A stretch of DNA of 64,000 bases, from contig CAURMD010000001.1 of assembly GCA_963525985.1 (NCBI GenBank), positions 11,919 to 75,918 of the forward strand. Reading direction: 5' to 3'. The translations under genes and the position numbers were made by a program. The first letter of the stretch is position 1; the number at the start of each line of letters is the position of its first letter. The notes under the pieces were generated by a model that was given only the letters and a program-made list of their open reading frames with translations, ran no database searches and was not told the DNA's origin. This stretch comes from an uncultured Streptococcus sp. (lineage in GTDB: Bacteria; Bacillota; Bacilli; Lactobacillales; Streptococcaceae). Shown here one piece after another: positions 1 through 7,840 of this stretch.

Positions 1-672
1 CTTGTTTATGTCCAGAGTATTATCTGTCCAGTCATTCCATTCAAGAGCTAAAATCTCCCCTTTTCGTGCCCCTGTGAAGGCCAGAAGACGGAATAGAGTT
101 ATCTTCTCTAGATCCTTTGTTTTGGAGACAAGTTTTAAAAATTTTTTAAGTTCGTCTTTGTTATAGAAGTCGCTCTTGTTATCAGATTTCTTTCTTGTTG
201 AGGTAATCACGCTATCAACTGGATTGCTTTCTATGTATCCATGTCTGATTGCATATTTGAAAACATTATTCATCAAACCCTTTAATTTACGACCGTAAAC
301 TAACTTTCTAGACCATTCATTGGCCTGCTCTTGCATTTGAAGAGGAGTGATACTAGCTATTTTCCTATTGCCGAAAGCTGGATAGATGTGATTCTTAAAA
401 TTCCTAGAGGTCTTGATATAAGTGCTCTCTTGGACTGTCTCAGAATAATCTTTAAGCCATTTTTTAGAAATTTCCTCAACCGTTATTTCTTTCTTAGCTT
501 GCTCGCCACTCTCAATATCATCCTGAAGTTGAAGCAGTGCTGCTCTTGCTTTAGCTTTTGTAGCAAAACCACGGCGGGTGGCATATTGACTATATCCGTT
601 CACTTTACCGATATACGCACGAAACATATAAGCCGTCTCTCCGTTTTTCTTTTTATAAGATCTAATTTCCAT
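1..672 (-). CDS. int: Tyrosine recombinase/phage integrase (5' part; runs off window)
   Basis: Not in ORF track. Read by hand from ATG at 672 (SD GAGGTG): MEIRSYKKKNGETAYMFRAYIG...TRRGF.TK (arm-binding N-terminus) and ...FRLLAFTGARKGEILALEW.D (catalytic Arg box). Confidence 0.93.
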   Translation of the reverse strand, partial: MEIRSYKKKNGETAYMFRAYIGKVNGYSQYATRRGFATKAKARAALLQLQDDIESGEQAKKEITVEEISKKWLKDYSETVQESTYIKTSRNFKNHIYPAFGNRKIASITPLQMQEQANEWSRKLVYGRKLKGLMNNVFKYAIRHGYIESNPVDSVITSTRKKSDNKSDFYNKDELKKFLKLVSKTKDLEKITLFRLLAFTGARKGEILALEWNDWTDNTLDINK

Positions 673-851
673 TGATTTTCACCTCATTTCTTGATAAAAT
701 AGGGTACAAGAAAACTACCTTTTTAATGGTCGTTTTTTATATAGATATTCAAAACCTTTTCTAATTGCTTGCCTGCTAGTAGAAATTGTCTTTGAAAATC
801 TCCGTCTAGTCACTTGCTACTGTCGCCAAACTTTCAGCAAGTGACTTTTTT
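672..851 (+). ncRNA. Putative antisense RNA over the integrase leader
   Basis: TTGATT(672-677)-17 bp-TAAAAT(695-700) with extended TG; hairpin AGTCACTTGCT/AGCAAGTGACT plus T-run at 808-851. Confidence 0.4.
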
Positions 852-857
852 GTTTTT

Positions 858-940
858 AAAAAGGGAAGCAACAGTTAAGTTACTTCCCCTGGCACGCTAA
901 GGTGCAAAGTCTAAAATTATGAGGGCTTGCCTCTAAGTAA
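858..940 (-). ncRNA. Orphan structured small RNA (~80 nt)
   Basis: Consensus promoter upstream, two internal hairpins, intrinsic terminator GGGAAGTAAC/GTTGCTTCCC-T5, no ORF. Confidence 0.6.
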
Positions 941-944
941 CTTA

Positions 945-973
945 ATTATAGTTCAATTTATAAATACTGTCAA
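945..973 (-). promoter_or_regulatory. Consensus sigma-A promoter
   Basis: TTGACA (973-968), 17 bp, TATAAT (950-945) on minus strand. Confidence 0.85.
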
Positions 974-977
974 CAAT

Positions 978-1424
978 CTACTCAAATCCTTTGAAGCTCT
1001 CTAAAATCTTATCTTTTGAGTCTGTAGCATTAAGCACTAAAACAACATAATTTCCGTAGATATAAGCAGGGTGTCCGATTAACTCTTTTTCTTTCTTAGC
1101 TTCTTTAAACATTGGGTTTTTATCGTAATATTCGTAAACCTCTACAGCAGTATCATCTTCTAAGATGAACCCTTTCCCTGATTCGGCTTGAATAAGACTA
1201 GCTTCTTTTGAGATTTCTTCTTTGATAGTGAAGCCATTGCTTTCTAGCGCTTTTTTAAAATCGTCTAAGCTAGTAGCCTTTTTAGAAGCAGGTTTGTCAT
1301 TTGCTTTAGTTTGCTCCGTTTTTGGTTGTTCTGCGCTATCCTTGGTAGCTGATTGGTTGTTAGAACATGCTACTAGAACTGTAGCACTAAGCAAGATAGC
1401 TGATGTTGTTAGTAGTTTTTTCAT
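978..1424 (-). CDS. Lipoprotein of lysogeny module (possible superinfection exclusion)
   Basis: Signal peptide with lipobox LVAC; position between int and repressor. Confidence 0.75.
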   Translation of the reverse strand: MKKLLTTSAILLSATVLVACSNNQSATKDSAEQPKTEQTKANDKPASKKATSLDDFKKALESNGFTIKEEISKEASLIQAESGKGFILEDDTAVEVYEYYDKNPMFKEAKKEKELIGHPAYIYGNYVVLVLNATDSKDKILESFKGFE

Positions 1425-1439
1425 GGGTATTCTCCTTTT

Positions 1440-2948
1440 TTAAGTGAGTGTAGATTCGATTCGTAGAGTTTCTCTGTATTGTTCAGCAACAGCAACATCG
1501 GTAAAATGTACCGTATTGTTAAATTCTTTGTGTACTAAATCTTTGATTTCTTCTAAGTTTACTCTGAAGAACTCTTTGCGAGAATTTACTTTGTTGACTT
1601 CTTGTTTTCTAAAATAGTTGTGTAAAGTTGTTTCAAGAGCAGGAGCATCTTCACTGAAAATTAGAGCGTGTACATCAAACGGGAATGGAACAGAAGCACT
1701 GCTCAATTCAGATATACGATCCATTGGCTCTAGACGTCTAGTCATACCAATTTTATAAACATTTTCTCCGAAAGAGCCAATATTAGAGATGATGTAAACG
1801 AATCCAGCACGAGTATTGGTTTCTCGATTCTCAACATCTTTTTTGTCTTTTTCCAATTCTTTGATTTTATCTTCTAGTTCTTTAATCTTATCTGCATAAA
1901 GTTCTTTCTCGATATCTGTATTAGATGATTCTAGATACTTCATGAGTTTAGCAACTTCATTTCTGAATTGATTTTCCTCTTTGATGATTTTATCTTTTTG
2001 AGTTTGAAGCTCTTTCTCTACCCGTTGTTGTTCTCTCATTTCCTCTTTTTTAGCTTTCAATAATTCACGTTCTTGCTCGAGAACATAATAGTATTTATAT
2101 GTTGCATCTAGCTTTTCCAATTTAATATTTAGCAATTCTTTTGTGATTTGAACATTATCGATAGAGAATAATCTATTTAACGTTGAGAATGTATTAGTGA
2201 TCTTGTTGCGGTAAGTATCAACATTGTTCATTCTTACATTAGTCAAGTAGTAATCTGTTTCAGCATTAAATGCACGCAACAATTTTTTAGATTGTTTTTC
2301 ACGTTTCTTGTAATCATCATAAGAAGTAGAGCGACAAGCTTTTCCGTCTGCAATCAATTCCTTTTCTTTTATTTGAAGAATAGATAATGTATTTTTTAAC
2401 TCGTTAGAAGTAATATTGTCAGTAAAGTCTACAGTCGTTTCTTGAGCGATAACGATATTAGATTTTTCTTTCAATATCGCTTCATAATCTTTTTCTTCTT
2501 GTTTAAGTTTTTCTACTTTCCTACTCAATTCTTTCAAAGACGCTTTTAGGGAATATTTCTCTTGAAGAGCATTCTCTTTGATTTCTTCAGCTTCCTGTTT
2601 GGCATTCTCCAGAATTTCCTCAGCTTGATTTTGTGCTTCTATAAGAATATCATCTGCTTTATCTATGTTTTCAAATAAATCTATCTCTTTATTAGCTTGA
2701 GAAAGAATCTTATCAGCTTCTTCTTTAGCGGATTGTAAAATCATTTCCGCTTCTTTTTTACTATCAAGTATGACTTCGTATTGAGAAAGTTCGTTGAACT
2801 TCTCCTTTGATATTAAATTGTATTTCTTAGATCTTTTGTAAATAAATAGCAGACCCAATAAGGTTGATATGAACATCGTCACAGGCCATGCTAACAGTAA
2901 TATAGCAATAAACCAAGGTTGATAACGTAGTGGAATGCGTTCTTTCAT
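1440..2948 (-). CDS. Membrane-anchored coiled-coil protein with DUF4041 and T5orf172/GIY-YIG-like domain
   Basis: N-terminal TM hairpin, AK.EA..IL heptads, C-terminal GFVYIISNIGSFG..VYKIGMTRRLEP.DR..EL..ASVPF.FDVHA. Confidence 0.85.
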   Translation of the reverse strand: MKERIPLRYQPWFIAILLLAWPVTMFISTLLGLLFIYKRSKKYNLISKEKFNELSQYEVILDSKKEAEMILQSAKEEADKILSQANKEIDLFENIDKADDILIEAQNQAEEILENAKQEAEEIKENALQEKYSLKASLKELSRKVEKLKQEEKDYEAILKEKSNIVIAQETTVDFTDNITSNELKNTLSILQIKEKELIADGKACRSTSYDDYKKREKQSKKLLRAFNAETDYYLTNVRMNNVDTYRNKITNTFSTLNRLFSIDNVQITKELLNIKLEKLDATYKYYYVLEQERELLKAKKEEMREQQRVEKELQTQKDKIIKEENQFRNEVAKLMKYLESSNTDIEKELYADKIKELEDKIKELEKDKKDVENRETNTRAGFVYIISNIGSFGENVYKIGMTRRLEPMDRISELSSASVPFPFDVHALIFSEDAPALETTLHNYFRKQEVNKVNSRKEFFRVNLEEIKDLVHKEFNNTVHFTDVAVAEQYRETLRIESTLT

Positions 2949-2976
2949 AATAAACTCCTTAAAATAAGATTACATT

Positions 2977-3762
2977 TTATTTCTCTCTATAAATGCTTAC
3001 GACTTCTCCAATAATGCGGATATCGTTGCTTTCATCTAGATGTATATCTTCATAATCTGGATTCAAGCTTTCAAGATATCCCTGACGCAGTTTCTTAACA
3101 TAGTTAGCACCGTCTACTTGGAAGATACCGATTGTGTTATAGTCAATCTGTGGGGTATTCTTGATAAATAGGTAGTCGCCATTTTTTATCTTTGGCTCCA
3201 TAGAGTTACCGACGACATAAGCGATAGCGTCGTAGTTGTCTGGGATTTCATCCTCATAGAATGAAACCTCCATATCTAAATCGTCGTCCTGTATCGAACC
3301 ACTCCCAGCAGAGACAACCCCGGTAACACGTCGGTAAGTAGTCTGTCTGTAGTCGTCCAGTCTGATGATGTTTTCCGATACTTCGTTTATCTTCGTTTCT
3401 TCTTCGTTTTGCTCTTTCAGTTGCCTCTCGGCAAAAGTCAGGACTTTCCCCTGTCTAGGCGGTTCTAGTTTGTCATAGATGGATTGGATGGGGGATTTTG
3501 AGAGAAGAGATGGAGTAGCGTTGATTTGAATTTCTTGCTCATCATCAAGCATATCAATTAAATCTTCTGTAGAAATTTGCATTCCTTTAGCAATTTTTTC
3601 TATTGTGTCATAAGATGGGACAATGGGCTTTTTCGATTTCGGATGTTCATTTTTTTCAAGCATAGAAATATATCCTTTTGTTAAATCAGATAATTCACAA
3701 AAAGCATCCATTGATAATTTATGCTCTGTTCTATATGATTTTAGCAATTCTCCTAACTTCAT
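2977..3762 (-). CDS. cI: CI-like repressor (XRE HTH + S24 peptidase)
   Basis: N-terminal HTH, VSAG cleavage site, GNSMEP and VKKL S24 motifs; divergent from lytic genes. Confidence 0.93.
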   Translation of the reverse strand: MKLGELLKSYRTEHKLSMDAFCELSDLTKGYISMLEKNEHPKSKKPIVPSYDTIEKIAKGMQISTEDLIDMLDDEQEIQINATPSLLSKSPIQSIYDKLEPPRQGKVLTFAERQLKEQNEEETKINEVSENIIRLDDYRQTTYRRVTGVVSAGSGSIQDDDLDMEVSFYEDEIPDNYDAIAYVVGNSMEPKIKNGDYLFIKNTPQIDYNTIGIFQVDGANYVKKLRQGYLESLNPDYEDIHLDESNDIRIIGEVVSIYREK

Positions 3763-3784
3763 TTAAAAACTCCTTTCTATATAT

Positions 3785-3875
3785 TGTTTAATCTATTATA
3801 CATCTTTAAATAAAAAAAGTAAATTTTTTTGTTTAACACACTTGACATTTTATGTTTAACGTGTTAAACTATAAT
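3785..3875. promoter_or_regulatory. Genetic switch: rightward promoter and operators TGTTTAA-N4-TTAAAC
   Basis: Operator copies at ~3785 and ~3853, half-site at ~3830, another copy at 4600-4616; TTGACA(3842)-17-TAAACT(3865). Confidence 0.7.
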
Positions 3876-3916
3876 CAAGCTTAAGGAAATAACAAAACTA
3901 ACCAGAGGAAAATAAA

Positions 3917-4192
3917 ATGAATAAAGGACTTACAACACAAGAGCAAATCGCACTAGCGAAAGAAATCTTACAAGTTAAGAACCGCAGAGAACGCTCACTT
4001 AAACTAGGGGAAATCCTAGATCGTGAAAAACTATCATCAGATGATATGTACGAATTGTATAACACACTATTAACAACAATCAGAGTTTACGGCGATGTTA
4101 TCGGATTTGATGATAAAGATTTTCAAGAAATGGCTCTTACAATCTTAGTGCTTGAAAAGGTTGAAGAAGCTAAACAAGCTAGGGTAGCGTAG
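3917..4192 (+). CDS. Phage hypothetical protein
   Basis: ORF with SD GAGG; first gene of lytic operon. Confidence 0.75.
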   Translation: MNKGLTTQEQIALAKEILQVKNRRERSLKLGEILDREKLSSDDMYELYNTLLTTIRVYGDVIGFDDKDFQEMALTILVLEKVEEAKQARVA

Positions 4193-4253
4193 AGAGGTGC
4201 GATTCCTCTCCTAGTTATTGCTCCAAGAGCAAAATTAAAAAGGAGGCGATAGA

Positions 4254-4400
4254 ATGATAGAAAAAGTCATAGAACTTGCAGATCAATTCATTGGCTCGCA
4301 TGAAACGTACAGAGAAGCTAAAATAGCATGTGAGAAGCTATTTAGACAAGTCAGCCATGAGATTGAACTCAGGGCGCTGGAAAGTAAGATAAGGGGGTGA
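4254..4400 (+). CDS. Small phage protein (48 aa)
   Basis: Read by hand; SD AAGGAGG, MIEKVIELADQF... Confidence 0.7.
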   Translation: MIEKVIELADQFIGSHETYREAKIACEKLFRQVSHEIELRALESKIRG

Positions 4401-4404
4401 GTGC

Positions 4405-4593
4405 GTGCAAGGAGAACGTTTAAGAAAATGGCGTGAAAAAGAAAAAATGTCTCAAGAGGAACTTGCAGAGAAGTCAAATGTTTCTCGAACAACAATACAC
4501 TTGATTGAATCAGGTCAATCGTCAACAGTTAAAATTCGAACACTTCAAAAATTAGCAGTAGTTTTTAATAAGCAAGTGAAAGATTTTTTTTAA
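4405..4593 (+). CDS. cro: Cro-like XRE HTH regulator
   Basis: LRKWRE..MSQEELAEKSNVSRTTI..IESG HTH; followed by an operator copy. Confidence 0.88.
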   Translation: MQGERLRKWREKEKMSQEELAEKSNVSRTTIHLIESGQSSTVKIRTLQKLAVVFNKQVKDFF

Positions 4594-4633
4594 AGAAAAT
4601 GTTTAACAAATTAAACGAACGAGAGGAGAGCGT

Positions 4634-5096
4634 ATGACAGACTTTAAAAATTTAGATTGTCAATTTATCTTTCAAGAATGCGACTGAAAATTATACTGCT
4701 GTTAGTAATAGCTTTATCAACGATTCTGCGCTAGATTTTACAGCGGTTGGCATCATGATGGTGGTGCTGGCTAATCACCCAAACTGGCAAGTCTATCCAG
4801 AGGAGATAGCCAAGCGAAAAGGTGTTAACCGGAAGACAATTGATAAGTATTTCAAAATCTTTGAAGAAGCTGGATATTTGCGAAAAATCAGAAAAAAACC
4901 TCCTGGAAATGGAGGGAGTCATATATTCAGATTCTTTTCAGATGTAAAAATATCTGATTTCCAATTCGATATTATGAAACAGAGATTAAACATGTCTATC
5001 AAAAAGGCGTCTATGAATTATAATTCTGACATTCCAAAAAGTGAGATGTCAGAAAGTGAGATGTCAGAAAGTGAGATGTCAGATTTTGGGCACTAA
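4634..5096 (+). CDS. HTH replication-initiator-like protein, apparently split by a +1 frameshift near 4670-4674
   Basis: SD+ATG 4634 opens a 17-aa ORF; the +1 frame gives KNATENYTAVSNSFIND..L...AVGIM, a phage initiator-type N-terminus, open to 5096. Confidence 0.65.
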
Positions 5097-5151
5097 TAAA
5101 TATTAACTAACAACAAGTATTAACTAACAATAAATATTAATTAACAACAAG
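5024..5151. repeat. Putative phage origin: 3x15-bp iterons plus 3x17-bp AT-rich repeats
   Basis: AAAGTGAGATGTCAG x3 (5038-5082), inverted partial copy 5024-5033, TATTAAYTAACAAYAAR x3 (5101-5151). Confidence 0.75.
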
Positions 5152-5228
5152 TCCTACTTCTCTAAATAAATAAAAGAGAGAAATTTCAAAATTCTAATTT
5201 AGGACTTTGGTTTGGAAGGAGTAGGAAA

Positions 5229-5486
5229 ATGGAAATCAAATACATTTATAACAAAACGTCTCTTGGGTGGGTATGGCAGTTAGTAATTGATGGGTACGAG
5301 TTTTTTTATCCATGTGGCGATTTAAAAGCGTTAAAAAAATTCGTCAAATCAGAATTAGAAGTTTTGTTAGACAAAAAAGAAAGTGATAGTAATTACGGCT
5401 TGGCATTCCATGCGTGTGGATATAACGGACAAGCACAACAAGAGTACATAGATTATTGGGAAAAACAAGGAGTTAGTGTTTTTTAG
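5229..5486 (+). CDS. Phage hypothetical protein
   Basis: ORF with SD. Confidence 0.7.
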   Translation: MEIKYIYNKTSLGWVWQLVIDGYEFFYPCGDLKALKKFVKSELEVLLDKKESDSNYGLAFHACGYNGQAQQEYIDYWEKQGVSVF

Positions 5487-5622
5487 AAAGGGGGATTAAT
5501 AGAAAAATTAAGTTTAGAACCAATTTATTTCGTGAACGAAAACGAGATATGCAAAAAGCACCTGACGGCAATCAGGCGCATACTAAAAAAACTAACTAAA
5601 TTATAACACGAAAGGGAGGAGA

Positions 5623-5907
5623 TTGCCAATGGCTTTGGAATTGTTTGGAGAAGATTTCAAAAATGAACTGTTGGAAGAGCTTGTCCAGTTGAATGTGAAA
5701 GCTATGACTGAAGCCAAAATGCGAGTGACAAGAGGAACGAACTGGGCTTCGATTAAAACGGTTCAGGAACAAACAGGATGGGGTCGCAAGAAAATTGAAG
5801 ATTTCAGAGACGCAGGGAAATTCCGCTACCAGCAAAATGCTAAAGGCGGTAAGTATTTATATGACTTGAACGATGTATTACGTTTCCAAAGTCAGTTAGC
5901 AAAATAA
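5623..5907 (+). CDS. Excisionase-like/winged-helix DNA-binding protein
   Basis: WASIKTVQEQTGWGRKKIE..R..G...Q...GGKYLY pattern. Confidence 0.65.
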   Translation: MPMALELFGEDFKNELLEELVQLNVKAMTEAKMRVTRGTNWASIKTVQEQTGWGRKKIEDFRDAGKFRYQQNAKGGKYLYDLNDVLRFQSQLAK

Positions 5908-5920
5908 AGGAGAGAGAATA

Positions 5921-6247
5921 ATGTACGAACCACCATTAATTAATCAGCTTTTAGGAACTGGCGCAGTGATTTTGGGATTTATCAGCGCAGGGTTTCTAGC
6001 TCATCAGTTAGAAAAGCAAAAAGAGGAAGAAAGACGACTCCAAGAAGAGTATGATACGCAAATGATTAGAACTTGTAATGAATTGCTTGAAATGGGTCGT
6101 GAGATTGAAAGAGAACAAATCCGCAAGAACATTCGCAGAGAGTTTCCAGGCTTCACATTTGACAACGAACCGCCTCAAGGATTGCGCCCTGAGCCTCTAG
6201 CCTTGCCAGAACCACGAAGAGCACGCTATGCAAAGTATTTGGGATAG
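5921..6247 (+). CDS. Phage membrane protein
   Basis: N-terminal hydrophobic helix then coiled coil. Confidence 0.7.
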   Translation: MYEPPLINQLLGTGAVILGFISAGFLAHQLEKQKEEERRLQEEYDTQMIRTCNELLEMGREIEREQIRKNIRREFPGFTFDNEPPQGLRPEPLALPEPRRARYAKYLG

Positions 6248-6263
6248 AGCAAAGGAGACGCAA

Positions 6264-6407
6264 ATGACTAGAATTGAACTTGAAAACCGTGTATGGCTTT
6301 TGGCCAATCATGAAGAAAAAAACGAATTACTGGATCTTGGGCTAACATCCAAGGCCAGATATGTGAAAAGAGTGTTGGAACTTGGAAAGGTGTATGCTCA
6401 TGTTTGA
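6264..6407 (+). CDS. Small phage protein (47 aa)
   Basis: Read by hand; SD AAGGAG. Confidence 0.65.
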   Translation: MTRIELENRVWLLANHEEKNELLDLGLTSKARYVKRVLELGKVYAHV

Positions 6408-6516
6408 TTATGACAGAGATATAATGCAACCGCCTGAGGAGCAAGAGAAACTTGACCCAAGCGAGTATGTGGATATCGGATGCGGTAGACGTCGATACGT
6501 GGGTGATGAAATATGA
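6400..6516 (+). CDS. Small phage protein (38 aa)
   Basis: Read by hand; overlaps both neighbours. Confidence 0.55.
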   Translation: MFDYDRDIMQPPEEQEKLDPSEYVDIGCGRRRYVGDEI

Positions 6517-6692
6517 TCCAGGAGCTACACGAAGAAATCGACAACTGGCGTGCTGAGTATATGCATCTTGGCCGAGAACTCGGAGAAATCATCAACGACC
6601 AACAGGATATTATTTTGAAATTGCAAAACGAAAATAGACACTTAAAACGTGAAAATTGGAATTTGAAGAAGACGAAAGGAAGAAAGAAATGA
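6513..6692 (+). CDS. Small coiled-coil phage protein (59 aa)
   Basis: Read by hand; ATGA overlaps on both sides. Confidence 0.65.
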   Translation: MIQELHEEIDNWRAEYMHLGRELGEIINDQQDIILKLQNENRHLKRENWNLKKTKGRKK

Positions 6693-6919
6693 CGCAGATA
6701 ACCAACAAAGGGAAGTCATTTGCAAGAGCAGAAATATCTGAGAAACAAAAAGAATATATCGGACTTCTTGCTAAGTTAAGAGGTGTAACAACACAAGAAC
6801 TTCTAGGCCAAGTTGTAGAACGTTTTATTGACAGGAATTTGCAACTTATTCAAGAATACAATAATGAATTAGATGTCTTAAACAGCAAGTCTAGTCGCAG
6901 AATTAACATGAATACATAG
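6689..6919 (+). CDS. Possible ribbon-helix-helix protein
   Basis: Likely start MTQIT at ATGA overlap; beta-strand plus two helices. Confidence 0.55.
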   Translation: MTQITNKGKSFARAEISEKQKEYIGLLAKLRGVTTQELLGQVVERFIDRNLQLIQEYNNELDVLNSKSSRRINMNT

Positions 6920-6924
6920 GAGAA

Positions 6925-7839
6925 ATGAAAATGACAAACGAACTAACACACAAACAATTTTTTAACTCACCAGCAGTAAAACAGAAATTCTCAGAAGTAG
7001 TAAACGGGAACGGTCAGCAATTTGTGGCCAGCTTACTTAGCATCGTAACAAATAACAACCTACTAGCTAAAGCTACCAATGAAAGCATCATGACCGCTGC
7101 AATGAAAGCTGCAGTCCTAAACCTGCCAATCGAGCCTAGCCTTGGTTATGCGTATATCGTACCTTACAAGAACCAGGCGCAGTTCCAAGTTGGATATAAA
7201 GGGTTGATCCAGCTTGCACAACGAAGCGGACAAGTCACACGTTTAAATGCTGGAGAGGTCTATGAAAGCCAGTATAAAGGGTTTAACCCACTTACTGAAG
7301 ACCTTGAAGTGGACATGACTGCTATTCCAAAAGAAAACGAAAAAGTAGTAGGCTACTTTGCATTCATGCGTCTTGCAAATGGATTCGAAAAGACCGTCTT
7401 TTGGACCAAGGAACGAGTTCAGGCTCACGGTAAGAAGTACAGTCAGTCATTCTCTAGCAAGTATAGCCCATGGCAATCTGATTTTGATGCCATGGCTCGT
7501 AAAACAGTATTGAAGCATATGCTTTCAACCTATGCCCCACTTTCTACCGAATTGCAGGATGCGATTGTGGCAGACAACGCAGATAGTACAATTTCAAACA
7601 AGAACGAAATCAAAGACGTCACTCAAGAACCAGTTGCTGAAACATTGGACGGCATTCTTGGAGCTTCTGAAGAAGTGACTGAAAAACCAAAAAAAGAGGT
7701 TATCAACCAGGAGTTGACGACCACAGATACAAGCTACCCAGCAGATGAAGTTCCAGATTTTGATCAAGAAACGGGCGAAGTAATTGATAAGGAGCCAGAA
7801 AATGGTCAAATGGACATGCTAGAAGGGGAGGATTTCTAG
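6925..7839 (+). CDS. recT: RecT-family single-strand annealing recombinase
   Basis: LG.AYIVPY..QAQFQVGYKGLIQLAQRSG; MARKTVLK. Confidence 0.92.
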   Translation: MKMTNELTHKQFFNSPAVKQKFSEVVNGNGQQFVASLLSIVTNNNLLAKATNESIMTAAMKAAVLNLPIEPSLGYAYIVPYKNQAQFQVGYKGLIQLAQRSGQVTRLNAGEVYESQYKGFNPLTEDLEVDMTAIPKENEKVVGYFAFMRLANGFEKTVFWTKERVQAHGKKYSQSFSSKYSPWQSDFDAMARKTVLKHMLSTYAPLSTELQDAIVADNADSTISNKNEIKDVTQEPVAETLDGILGASEEVTEKPKKEVINQELTTTDTSYPADEVPDFDQETGEVIDKEPENGQMDMLEGEDF

Positions 7840-7840
7840 A

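Noticed and set aside
331..675. 114-aa + strand ORF
   Set aside because: Antisense shadow of the integrase, which carries clear motifs on the minus strand
919..933. Shared GAGGCAA and 7-nt CCCTCAT/ATGAGGG complementarity between the orphan sRNA and the RNA at 40102-40114
   Set aside because: Too short to distinguish from chance
5038..5151. Repeats as a mini-CRISPR array
   Set aside because: Direct tandem repeats without spacers and no cas genes; fit iterons better
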